DNA of 64,000 bases from Pirellulales bacterium. GTDB taxonomy: Bacteria; Planctomycetota; Planctomycetia; Pirellulales; JAICIG01. Shown here piece by piece: positions 17,007 through 27,100 of the stretch. Location of the stretch: contig JBBDYJ010000017.1 in assembly GCA_040901675.1 (NCBI GenBank), positions 64,001-128,000 of the forward strand. Reading direction: 5' to 3'. The notes under the pieces are model-generated. The model saw only the letters and a program-made list of their open reading frames with translations, was not told where the DNA came from and did not search any database. The position numbers and the translations under genes are program-made. Positions within the stretch are counted from its first letter, which is position 1; the number at the start of each line of letters is the position of its first letter.

Positions 17007-18047
17007 ATGCTCGGCGCGCCATCTCGGCGGATGAATCTGTGGAGTCGCGTGTCACGTGCCGTGCCGGTATGGGCCGCCGTATTGCTGGCGCTCGGCTTGA
17101 CGATGCCGGCCATCGCCCAGGAGCTGCCCGGCGGCGAGGGAGGCGCGGGCGCTGCCGGCCGGACGGCGGCGGAAGGCGCCGGCGATGCGGAGGGCATGGA
17201 CGAGGCCCAGCGGCTGGCCGAGCAGGCGCTGGCCGCGGAACCACCGGCCGAGGCAGCCCCCGTGGCGCCTTCGCTCGCGAAAGTGCCCTCGATGAACCTG
17301 CTCGAGCTGGCGGTGGCGGGCGGGCCGCTGATGGTGCCCATCCTCTTGATGTCGATCGTGTTGGTGCTGTTTGCCTTCGAGCGGTGGGTCGGTCTGCGGC
17401 GCAGAAAGACGATACCGCCCGCATTGGTCAAGGCACTGGGGGAGCTGTCGAGTCGTCAAGGCGGCCTCGATCCGCGGCAGGCTTACCGGCTTTGCCAGCA
17501 ACACCCTTCGGCCGCGGCCAACGTGTTTCGATCGGTGCTGTTGAAGGTGGGCCGGCCGCACTCCGAGGTGGAGCACACGATGGTCGAGGCGAGCGAGCGC
17601 GAGGCGGCCCGGCTCTACAAGAACGTGCGTCCGATCGAGCTGGCGATCACCGTGACGCCGCTGCTGGGTTTGCTGGGGACGGTGCAGGGGATGATCCAGG
17701 CGTTCTACGTGACGGCCAACATGCCGACCAACGTGAACAAGGCGGAGAACCTGGCCAACGGCATCTACGTGGCCCTGGTGACGACGTTTGCCGGGCTCTC
17801 GGTGGCCATACCGGCGGCGGTGCTGGCGCATTATTTCGAGGGGCGAATTCAATCGCTGTTCCGCGACGTGGACGAGTTCCTGGTCGGCCTGCTGCCCCAG
17901 CTCGAGCGATTCGAGGGGAAGCTGCGGGTCCACCGGCATGGTCCATCGGGCGTCAGCCAGGCGGAGTTGGAAAGCGTCCAGCCGCCGGCGGGAAAGGTGG
18001 AAGAAACCAGTCCGAGCAGGGTGGGGAGCGCCGAGGGCGTGAACTGA
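17007..18047 (+). CDS. exbB: MotA/TolQ/ExbB proton channel protein with signal peptide and acidic N-terminal extension
   Basis: GGPLMVPILLMS, TPLLGLLGTVQGMI and LANGIYVALVTTFAGLSVAIP. The exact start (17007 or 17031) is uncertain. Confidence 0.9.
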   Translation: MLGAPSRRMNLWSRVSRAVPVWAAVLLALGLTMPAIAQELPGGEGGAGAAGRTAAEGAGDAEGMDEAQRLAEQALAAEPPAEAAPVAPSLAKVPSMNLLELAVAGGPLMVPILLMSIVLVLFAFERWVGLRRRKTIPPALVKALGELSSRQGGLDPRQAYRLCQQHPSAAANVFRSVLLKVGRPHSEVEHTMVEASEREAARLYKNVRPIELAITVTPLLGLLGTVQGMIQAFYVTANMPTNVNKAENLANGIYVALVTTFAGLSVAIPAAVLAHYFEGRIQSLFRDVDEFLVGLLPQLERFEGKLRVHRHGPSGVSQAELESVQPPAGKVEETSPSRVGSAEGVN

Positions 18048-18048
18048 C

Positions 18049-18480
18049 ATGTCGGTCAGAATCCGCAAATCGACCGCGCTGGGGAAGCTGAACCTGACGC
18101 CGATGATCGACATCGTGTTTTTGCTGTTGATCTTCTTTCTCGTGGCCACCCGCTTCGAGGAGCAGGAGCGCGAGCTGGACGTGGTGTTGCCGCAGGCCAG
18201 CGAAGCCCGGCCCCTCACCTCGCGTCCCAGGGAATTGTTCGTCAACGTGGACCAGCATGGACGATACGTGGTCAACGGCGAACAGCTCAACGAGGCGGCA
18301 CTGCTGGGGACTTTACTGCAAGCGGCGGCCGATAACCCGGGGCGGCAGACCGTGATCATCAGGGGCGACAAGCGGTGCGCGTTGGAGTCGGTGGTGGTGG
18401 TGATGAACCTGTGCAACAGGGCGAATATCCGCGATTATCGGCTGACCACGGCCGAGTTGCCGCAACAGCGAAGTATGTGA
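18049..18480 (+). CDS. exbD: ExbD/TolR biopolymer transport protein
   Basis: LNLTPMIDIVFLLLIFFLV (conserved Asp), V.LPQA and VIIRGDKR...VV.VM. Confidence 0.93.
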   Translation: MSVRIRKSTALGKLNLTPMIDIVFLLLIFFLVATRFEEQERELDVVLPQASEARPLTSRPRELFVNVDQHGRYVVNGEQLNEAALLGTLLQAAADNPGRQTVIIRGDKRCALESVVVVMNLCNRANIRDYRLTTAELPQQRSM

Positions 18481-18483
18481 CCC

Positions 18484-21400
18484 ATGTCCCCGCTTCCAAA
18501 GCCCGGCAAGCAGACGGTTCGCAAATTCGAGCCGGCACGCCCGCCCGGCCAGCATCCCAACTGGGACGAGCAGCTCTGGCCGGTGAACCTGGGCCTGGTG
18601 GTCCTGGCCGGCGCGGCGGCGGCCATTGTCGCCACGCACGGCGATTTCCAAGCCCGCACGCCGTGGCAGAACGGCTGGCTGCACCTGGGAGTGCTCGGCG
18701 CCATCATGGCCGTGCTGGCCTGGGGCATGGCGCGGCTCGAAGGGCGAGTCCACCGCCGCGTGCAGTTGGGCGTGCTGTTCAGTCTCCTGGTACACGTGGG
18801 GCTGTGCCTGCTCACGTACCACGTGTACCTGGGGATCGCGGCGCGCCAGGAGACCGAGACCGAGCTGGCCCTGGACGATCCGCAGATCGTCACGCTGCCC
18901 GAGTACCGCTGGCAACAGGACCTCGACCAGGTCGTCCAGGACGAGTCGCTCGAGGCGCCGATTGAAACCGAGATCCCGGACACCGAGCCGCTCGATATCG
19001 ACCGGACCCAGACCGACACCATGCCGGCCGAGCGGCAGCCGGATCAGGAATCGGCGGCGGCCGAGCTGACGCCCGCCGACGTTGCCATCGAGCGGGCGGA
19101 GCTGGCCGCGCCGCACCGCAGCGAGCGGCTGGCGGGCAGCGAAATCAGCCGCCAGGAGCTGGAAGCGCCCCAGCCGGTCGAGGACGTGCCGATGCCGCAG
19201 ATCGAGCAGGCGGCCGAGCGATCCGGCGAGCTCGACGACCGGGTGCAAGTCGACCAGCGCCGGGCCGAGCTGGCCATTGAGCGCCCGGACGCGGGGCAAG
19301 AAGCGCCCGCAGCGAGCGCCCGCCGTCCCGCGCCGGCTGTCGAGCGGCTGCAGGGCTCCCTCGAGCCGCGCTTGCCCGATAGCGTGCGGCCGGCCAATCG
19401 GCGATCGGCGGCCCCGGCCGAGGCAACGGCAACCCGCGTCGATCGGCCTGAGCCCGCACCGGCCGCGGTAGAACCACGTGTAACGAGGCCGGAGCCGTCG
19501 GTCGACACGCTGGCCCGCCGCGCGGCCAGCGCGCCTGAGCGGTCGGCGCCAGTCGACATGGGCGACTCGTCCGCAAACTCCCAGTCGCAGCCGTTCGAGC
19601 CCCGCCGCGCGGTGGAAGCGCCGGCGCCTTCGACGCAAGCGCGGACAGACCAGCGATCGGCTAGAGCGCCCAGCCGTGCCGCCGCCAACGCGGCCCGGAT
19701 TGAAATCGAGGCCCCGGCCACCGCCGAGTCGACCGCGGATCCGGCGACGGCCCGGCCCGCGCCGACAGCCATCGCGAGAGCCGGAGATGGAGCGGCCGGA
19801 GTGACACGGCAAGACAACCTTGACCGTGAACCGGCGGGCGGCGAGTCGCGCCGCGCGGCGATTGCCTCGGCCGCCCGGCGAGCGCAGGCCAGCCGACAGG
19901 ACGAAGCCGACGAGAGCGACAGTGCCAGTATGCCGGCTCGCATCGCCCGCGCACGGGCGGGCGCCGACCTGCCGAGCGCTACGCTGAGTGCCGAAGAAGT
20001 GACGCTGCCCGATGCGGCCGGCGCCCGCCGCACCAGTCCGGTCGAGGCCAGCACGAGCGCCGCGGTCGAACGCCGCGCGTCCAGTGCCCCTGCCGGCCGC
20101 GTGACGGCAGAGACGGGCAGCGCGCAGGTCGACACGGGGCTGCCGCAGATCGCCTCGCCGGTGGCCGCCGGCGGCTCGCCGGGCGACGGAGAACCGACCA
20201 TCTCCGTCGCCGACAGCTCGCCGCGCTTGGCCCGGGCGGCCGGGCCGGCGGAGGCCGCCTCGGATGCGGCCGTCCCGCTGGAGGCGCCCGGCGGCGCCGC
20301 GCCTGGCTCGACGAGTCAGCCGGGAGCGACCGAGCCGGCGGCCGATGGTCCGGCGGTTGGTGAGCTTGAACGTGCGGCCGCTGCCGCGCCCGCCGGCAGC
20401 CGGCCCGCCGGTTCGGCCGCGCCGGACAATGCTTCAACCGGCGTCGCGGGAATCTCGATCGGACCTCGCCGCGTCGATACCGATGCCGACCCGGCGGGCA
20501 GCATCGGCGGCTCGCCGGCTTTGAGCCGGGCTCCGTCGGCGGCCGATGCGAATGCCGACGCGGTGGAGGTGGCTTCAACAGGAGCAGCGGGACAGCCCGG
20601 ACCCACCGATCCGGATGGCAATCCGCTCACCGCAAGCGGCACGGCGGAAGGAGCCGAAATTGCCGAGCCGGGCGGGCCCGCCTCAGACGATCGCACGCGA
20701 GCCCAGCGGCGCAGCGGCGGGCTGCCGGCGAGGATTGTGGCCCCGGCGGGACCCGGCGGCCTGGCGAAGGACACCCCGGGCAGCCTGGGGGTGCCAAGCC
20801 GCCGCGCGCGCCCTGAGAGCCCGCTGGTCCAGACCGATTTGGGGCGATTGATCCTGGAGCGCAGCGGCTCGACGCCCGCGGCTGAGGTGCGCGTGCAGGA
20901 CGCCGCAGTGCCCGGTTTGAAGCAGCGCGACCGGCTGGCGCGCGAGCAGTTGGCGCGCCAGCGAGGCGGCAGCGCCGGGTCGGAGCTGGCGGTCGAGCGA
21001 GGCCTGGAGTTCCTGGCACGGCACCAGAGCCCCGACGGCAGTTGGAGCCTGGAGAACTTCGGCCAGGGCAAGCCCGGATATCAAAACGCCGGAGCGGGGG
21101 AGATGCAATCGAACACGGCGGCCACGGGGCTGGCTCTGCTGGCATTTCTCGGGGCCGGTTATACCCACACCGACGGCAAGTACCGCGACGTGGTGGCCCG
21201 CGGAGTGAATAACCTTCTGGCCAACCAGCGCGACGACGGCGACCTGTTCGTGCCCCAGGACGAGCAGTCGAACCGCAACGTCTGGCTGTACAGTCATGGG
21301 ATTGCGTCGATCGCGCTGTGCGAAGCGTACGGGATGACCCGCGATCCGTTGCTCGAGGGGCCGGCGCAGCGCTCGCTCGACTTTATCGTCTGGGCCCAAA

Positions 21401-22035
21401 GCCCCAGCGAAGGCGGCTGGCGATACTACCCGCGGCAGGGGAGCGACACGTCGGTTTCCGGGTGGCAGTTGATGGCCTTGAAGAGCGGCGAGCTGGCGGG
21501 CCTGGCCGTCAGCGCCGAGTGCTATCAGCGCGTCGAGCGGTGGCTCGACGGGGCCCAGGCGCCGTCGAACCGGTCGCTGTACGCCTATCGGCCCAGGTCC
21601 GAGCAGCGGCACCAGCGCGAGCCAAGCCGCGTGATGACGGCCGAGGCGCTGTTGATGCGGCAGTACCTGGGGTGGAAGCGAGACAACCCGTACATGCTGG
21701 CCGGGGCCGATTACTTGCGCCGCAACCTGCCGCAATGGGAAGGGGGTGGCCGGCAGCGCGACTGCTACTACTGGTATTACGCCACGCAGGTCATGTTCCA
21801 GATGGGCTCCGACCATTGGCGCGACTGGAACGCCCGCCTGCGGCCCATCCTGACCGAGAGCCAGGTGAGCAGCGGGCCGTTGGCCGGCAGTTGGGATCCC
21901 GCGGGCTCCAGTGCCGACCGCTGGGGGCGCGAGGGGGGGCGGATCTACGTGACGGCGATGCACCTGTTGATCCTGGAGGTGTATTACCGCCACCTGCCGC
22001 TGTACCGCAATCTGCAGGATGAGGAGCAAGGGTAA
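18484..22035 (+). CDS. 1183-aa protein: N-terminal TM helices with SxxxH, long Ala/Pro/Glu-rich linker, C-terminal prenyltransferase/squalene-oxidase-repeat (alpha/alpha) barrel
   Basis: FSLLVHVGLCLL (18778-18813), then low complexity to about 20950, then AVERGLEFLARHQSPDGSW, ATGLALLAFLGAG, YSHGIASIALCEAYGMT, EGGWRY, YYWYYATQVMFQ and GSWDP. Confidence 0.82.
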   Translation: MSPLPKPGKQTVRKFEPARPPGQHPNWDEQLWPVNLGLVVLAGAAAAIVATHGDFQARTPWQNGWLHLGVLGAIMAVLAWGMARLEGRVHRRVQLGVLFSLLVHVGLCLLTYHVYLGIAARQETETELALDDPQIVTLPEYRWQQDLDQVVQDESLEAPIETEIPDTEPLDIDRTQTDTMPAERQPDQESAAAELTPADVAIERAELAAPHRSERLAGSEISRQELEAPQPVEDVPMPQIEQAAERSGELDDRVQVDQRRAELAIERPDAGQEAPAASARRPAPAVERLQGSLEPRLPDSVRPANRRSAAPAEATATRVDRPEPAPAAVEPRVTRPEPSVDTLARRAASAPERSAPVDMGDSSANSQSQPFEPRRAVEAPAPSTQARTDQRSARAPSRAAANAARIEIEAPATAESTADPATARPAPTAIARAGDGAAGVTRQDNLDREPAGGESRRAAIASAARRAQASRQDEADESDSASMPARIARARAGADLPSATLSAEEVTLPDAAGARRTSPVEASTSAAVERRASSAPAGRVTAETGSAQVDTGLPQIASPVAAGGSPGDGEPTISVADSSPRLARAAGPAEAASDAAVPLEAPGGAAPGSTSQPGATEPAADGPAVGELERAAAAAPAGSRPAGSAAPDNASTGVAGISIGPRRVDTDADPAGSIGGSPALSRAPSAADANADAVEVASTGAAGQPGPTDPDGNPLTASGTAEGAEIAEPGGPASDDRTRAQRRSGGLPARIVAPAGPGGLAKDTPGSLGVPSRRARPESPLVQTDLGRLILERSGSTPAAEVRVQDAAVPGLKQRDRLAREQLARQRGGSAGSELAVERGLEFLARHQSPDGSWSLENFGQGKPGYQNAGAGEMQSNTAATGLALLAFLGAGYTHTDGKYRDVVARGVNNLLANQRDDGDLFVPQDEQSNRNVWLYSHGIASIALCEAYGMTRDPLLEGPAQRSLDFIVWAQSPSEGGWRYYPRQGSDTSVSGWQLMALKSGELAGLAVSAECYQRVERWLDGAQAPSNRSLYAYRPRSEQRHQREPSRVMTAEALLMRQYLGWKRDNPYMLAGADYLRRNLPQWEGGGRQRDCYYWYYATQVMFQMGSDHWRDWNARLRPILTESQVSSGPLAGSWDPAGSSADRWGREGGRIYVTAMHLLILEVYYRHLPLYRNLQDEEQG

Positions 22036-22046
22036 AGGAGGACGCA

Positions 22047-22114
22047 GTGGCTGAAATTCGCCAGAGTTCAGGCCCTTCGCTCTATCCAGCCAGAACTCTG
22101 GCAAGTCCTGCTAC
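22047..22114. repeat. Inverted pair of GTAG-REP-like units, possible terminator
   Basis: gtggctgaaattcgccagagttcagg ... gccagaactctggcaagtcctgctac. Confidence 0.65.
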
Positions 22115-22268
22115 CTTAATGTCCTGCCTCCTTCGCCCGACCGCCGTTGACGCCCACCGAGCGGAGTTTTAACATTGGTTTGCAGAGACACCTGACCGCG
22201 CGGCCGTCGGGCCTACATGGCCTCTCGCGCCGCACGAACTTTTTTCAAGGAAAGGGGGGACGTCTCTT

Positions 22269-22592
22269 ATGCCGTTATTCGAAATCGAGACGGAATCACA
22301 CATCATCATCACCTGGGCTGAGGACCAGGATGCGGCCGCCGCCGTGGTCCAGGACGCCTATCCCACCGAGCGCGTGATGCGGCTGACCAAGCGGCCTCGC
22401 GACACCTGGGTCATTTCCAAGAGCGCCCTGGGCATCTCCGGCCAGATCGACCCCTGCCATACCGCCCGTGATTGCTTGTCGAAGGCCGCCGGAGACAAGG
22501 TTCATGCCATCCGCCTCTACATGCACGAGACGGGTTCGGACCTGGAACGGGCCCGCAAAGTGATCGAGTCGAACATGGTCATGGGCTGGTGA
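22269..22592 (+). CDS. Small conserved hypothetical protein of planctomycete type (DUF6793-like)
   Basis: MPLFEIETESHIIITWAED...RLTKRPRDTWVISK...GDKVHAIRLYM...IESNMVMGW; upstream GGGGGA RBS-like site. Confidence 0.8.
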   Translation: MPLFEIETESHIIITWAEDQDAAAAVVQDAYPTERVMRLTKRPRDTWVISKSALGISGQIDPCHTARDCLSKAAGDKVHAIRLYMHETGSDLERARKVIESNMVMGW

Positions 22593-22779
22593 GGTCCCGA
22601 CGTCCCGACAAGGCGACAAGGGGACAAGGCGACAAGGAGAGAGAGGGAAGGGGGGAAGGGGCGAGACGAAGAACGCCTTCTGCCACTGCTTGGAGGTCCC
22701 CATCCCGGCGCGCCGGGAGGACCGAGAAGCAGTGCCGTTCGGTTGGATTGCCCCGCCAGCAACTAACAACTAATAACAA

Positions 22780-23910
22780 CTAGCAACCAGCAACGTCCTC
22801 TTCGTTCCCCCCATCCCCCCATCTCCCTTTCCCCCCTTCCCATCTGCTCGCCCTGGCGAGCAGATCGGCCGGCGACGCGGTTCCGGTCGTGCCAAGCTGC
22901 TGGATGGTGATCGAAGCCACCAGGTTGCCCACCTGGGCGGCTTCCGCCGGGGTCGCCCCGGACAGCAGGGCAGCTACGATGCCCGCCGTGGCGCTGTCGC
23001 CTGCTCCGACCGGGTCGATGGGCCCTTCCACCGCGTAACCCGGCACGTGGATGGCCGCGCGCGATCCGCCCTGCGGATCGTCCCGGTCGACGGAGTCGAA
23101 GCCGACCAACAGCATGCCCGCCTGGCCCAAAGTGCAGTAGATCGGGCAACCGGTCTGCGACGATAGAGCGCGGGCGGCCTCGGCCGCAAGTTCCAGATCG
23201 CCCGGCGCGGCACCGGGGGGCGGCTGGCGGCCCAACGCGGCCAGGCACTCCGCGACGTTGGGCTTGAGGATGCCGCAGGTGAAGCGGCCCACGCGGGCGC
23301 GGCTGTCGACGAACACCAACTTGTCGGGCCAGCGGCGCGAAAGCCGGGCCAGGTGCTCGCGCACCTGGGGTGAAATCACGCCCCAGCCTTCTTCGTTCAC
23401 CTGGTCGAGCACGATGAGCCCGTCGGCGGCGGCAAACAGCGATTCCAGCGACTCGAGCAGCCGCCGTTCGATTGCCGGGTCGAGCGGCCGGCAGTTCCGC
23501 AAATCGAGGCGGTTCAGCTCGTGCCAGAGTCCATTGGGGCCGGCCTGGATCGGTTTGGTGTACGTCGGCGTCAGCCGGCCCGGATCGCGGATCACGTGGC
23601 TGGCATCGACCGGTTTCAGATCGGCCAAGGCGGCCAGCAGGTCGTGGGCGTGGCCGTCGTCGCCCACCACGGAGAGCGGCACCAGCCGGCCGACACCCAG
23701 GGCCGCCAGGTTGTTCATCACCGTGCCCAAGGCGCCCGGGCTGTTGCGGACGCGGGTCACCTGGTATGCCTCCAGGCCGGTCTCGACCGACCGCTCGGAG
23801 AATCGCGGGTCGATTTCGAGGTAGCGGTCGAGAAACAAGTCGCCGACCAGGCCGATCGTCAGGCGGTCGAAATGCGCCAAGAGCGATTCAAGACGGCCGC
23901 GTGCAATCAC
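22780..23910 (-). CDS. PfkB/HldE(RfaE domain I)-like carbohydrate kinase
   Basis: LVGDLFLDRY, SPGALGTVMNNLAALG, TPTYTKP, LKPNVAE and IDPVGAGDSATAG. Confidence 0.88.
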   Translation of the reverse strand: MIARGRLESLLAHFDRLTIGLVGDLFLDRYLEIDPRFSERSVETGLEAYQVTRVRNSPGALGTVMNNLAALGVGRLVPLSVVGDDGHAHDLLAALADLKPVDASHVIRDPGRLTPTYTKPIQAGPNGLWHELNRLDLRNCRPLDPAIERRLLESLESLFAAADGLIVLDQVNEEGWGVISPQVREHLARLSRRWPDKLVFVDSRARVGRFTCGILKPNVAECLAALGRQPPPGAAPGDLELAAEAARALSSQTGCPIYCTLGQAGMLLVGFDSVDRDDPQGGSRAAIHVPGYAVEGPIDPVGAGDSATAGIVAALLSGATPAEAAQVGNLVASITIQQLGTTGTASPADLLARASRWEGGKGRWGDGGNEEDVAGC

Positions 23911-24141
23911 GTGCGAGCTCTCCGCAATGCGGTCGTAGCGCCGTACGCCATAGTTTCGGAAGCAGCCAGCATCTATTCAGCCGCCAAACCGCGACCCTCT
24001 CGGTCAATCCACAGTGTCGGCTTGGCTTCCCGGCGGGGCAAGGCCCGAGATGTTTCCCGCCAGTGTAGTCCGGTGGTCGGCACGGACTGGATGCGTCCAG
24101 CCCTAGCCCGCGCTCTGAACCAGGCCGAGCCGCCGCTGTAC

Positions 24142-27100
24142 TCAGGGCGTTGGCCTGGCTGCTGCGGCGGCTTGCGAATGCAAGGCGTCGAGCTTGTCGA
24201 GCCACGACTGGGGCAGGCGGAGAGGGCGTTTCCACCGGCCGATTGCTTCGCCAAAGCGTTCGCGGGCCAGCTCGAATCGGCCCAGCCGCGCATGGCACAT
24301 AGCCAGCAAGAACAAGTCGGAGGCAGGGGCGGCCTCGCCGAGTTCAATCGCTTGCTGAAACGCTTGCTGGGCTTCTTCGAACCGCTTGAGCTGGTAGTTC
24401 ACCATGGCCAGAGTGCTCCACAAGGCATACTGGTCCGGCGCGAGCTGGACGGCTTGCTCGGCCAGCCGGCGAGCCTGCTCGAGCGCGCGCAGCTCGTCGG
24501 GCCCGGTGGCGTAGATCAATGCCAGGTTGTTCAGCACTTGTGTATCATCGGGCACTAGATCGAGGTGCTTCTGGTAATCGGCGATGGCCGCGGCATACTG
24601 CCGCAAGTAGCTGTGGATCAGTCCCCGCTGGGCGTAGGCCCTTATATGACGCGGTTCAAGATCGATCAATTTCGAGTAATCCGCCAGGGCGTCTTTCCAG
24701 CTTGCCAGGCGGACGTGGTTGCGGGCGCGGACTTCGAGCAAGTGCGCGTTGTCGGGATTGAGCGCCAGCGCCTTGTCAAAGTCGTCGCGGGCTTGCGCCC
24801 ATTGGTGCAGCTTTTCATAGAGGTGGCCCCGCTGGTGATAAGCTTCGGCGTCGTTCCGGTTGGCACGAATCGCCTGGGTATGCTTCTCGATACCCACGTG
24901 GATTGCCGCGCCCGCGAAAGGTTGGGGCGGCGCGAGCTCGCCTTGCCGCAGCTCGACCTTCAGGGATTCATCGCGGTGCACCAGGCGAGAAGTGAGCGGC
25001 GAGCCATTCCAGTCGAGGTTCATCTCGCCGAGTTGCGAGCGGATCGCACGCAGGTCCCAGAGATGGATGCGGTGCGTTGACGAGGTGACCGCCAGCAGGC
25101 AGCCGTCCGGGCTGAAGCACAGCGAGCCCACTACTTGAGGGTCGGGAGGCTCCAGGACGGCCACGGTATCCAGTGAGCCGGGATCGATGAGCCGCACTCG
25201 TTCGCGGTCTTGGACAGCCGCCATCAGCCGGCCATCGGGCGTGAACGCGATCTTGCCGGGCAAATCACTTTTGTCTCCCAAATCCAGCTCCCGGTCGCGC
25301 TGCCAGGAACTCACGTGCCAGAAGACATATCCGCCCGGCTTGCTGGTGACTAGCCGGCTACTGTCAGGGGTGAAGTGCGCCATGGAGTTCGGAACATCCG
25401 GCAATATGTCCTTGGCCACTTTACCGGTGGCGGCATCCCAAATGCGCACGCCCTGGCCGTGCCAAGCGCCGCCGGCCACCCACTTGCCGTCGGGACTGAT
25501 AGCCAACTGGTTCACGCCGGGCCGGCCCGCCAGGTGCTGAGAAATAGCCGACTCAAGCCGGAAAAGCTTCCCCTCCGCGCCTTGCTGAGCCACCAGCAGG
25601 CGGCCGTCGGGAGTCGAGTCGAGAGTGCTGAAACTCCCGGCGGCGAGCCGCCGAGGCGGCCCGATGACCAAGGCGCTTTGATCTTCGGCTGGCCGATGTA
25701 TCGGCCACGCGTGCAGCCCCCTCACGCCGCTCGTCACCAGGCTGCGGCCGTCCGGCGCAAACAGGGCGCCGGCATACGGCGTGGTTGCACCTACGACGCC
25801 CACCAGGTGGGCGATCGCCTGGCCTCGATCCACCTCCCACAGCCGTACACCATCGTCGCCGGTGGTGACCAGCAACTCGCCGCTCGGGTCGAAGTGGGCG
25901 AAATTGGGTCCTTTGCCGGGGGCGGGAGGTTCGTTCCATACGCGGCACTCGCGACCGGCCGCAACCTTCCACATGCCCAGCTCACCGGTGCCAGCCAGGA
26001 ACGCCAGGCGGGAATCCTGGTCGCTGAAGCGAAGGGCCCGCCCGGGTGCATCGATCAAGTTCTGCCCCCGGACTGGATCCCAGAGCAAGGTCTTCCCGTC
26101 CCACCCGGAGGACGCCAGGAGGTCGCCTTCGTGGTTGAACATCACGCTGACCACCTCGGCCTGGTGCCCCTGCAGGATCGAGAGTGGCTGCCGCGTCGCA
26201 ACGTCCCAAACGTACGCGCGGTAGTCGGCACAGGCCGTGGCCAGCAAGTCGCCCGAAGGGGCCCAGGCCACGTCGAACACCTGTCTGGGATGTTTGAACG
26301 ATGCGAGCGATTCTTCCTCCAAGTCGAATACGCGAACATCGGTCTGTCCCCCTTCGCACAGCGCCAGCCTGCTGCCCTCGGGATGGAACCGGACGCAAGT
26401 CGGGGAATAGCCGATCGGAAACCGTTTGAGCCGGCGACCGCCGGCTAATTCAAACAGCGCGATCCCCGAATCGGGCAGTCCCACGGCCAATCGGCGGCTG
26501 TCGGGACTGAAGTCGACTCCGAGGCCGTTGTGACTGACAGGCGATTCCAGCACCGGCTCCGGTTGTCCGAGCCTCCAGACACGAACGACGTTGGTCTGCC
26601 CGAGGCGGTGCTTGGTGGCCAACAGCTTGCCGTTGGGACTGAATCGTACTCCGGCAGACTCGAATTGATCCTTCGCAGGGATGCGAACCAGTTCCACGTC
26701 GTCCGCGGTCCGGCGGACGCTGACGCTGCCGTCACTCGTGCCCACGGCGTATTGCTCGAGCCGGCCGTCGAAGGCGGCGCCTCCCCGAAATGGCGTGTTC
26801 GGCTGCCAGCGCCGTTCGACCTTGAGGTCCGTGAGCGCCATGCAGGCGACAGCTTCATTGCGTAGTTCGAGCGCTTCCGCGCGTCCCAGTCCCAAGGAGG
26901 GCAGCGTACGCGCAGCTTCGGCGAGCGCCTCGAGGCTGTCGTAGCGGCGTCCGGCGCGGCCGCTCCAGCGAGCAGCTCGCGCCTGGTTGAAGGAAGCCAG
27001 GTACGAAGCGACGGCCCTCTTGGCAGCCAGCCGTTCGGCTCGCTGGGCGGCATTTTCGGCATGCCGCGCCCGCGTAAGATGCGACAGGGCCGTATTGCGT

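Noticed and set aside
18484..22035. Squalene-hopene cyclase completing the hpn pathway
   Set aside because: Single barrel, no DxDD motif, and membrane anchor plus exbBD context.
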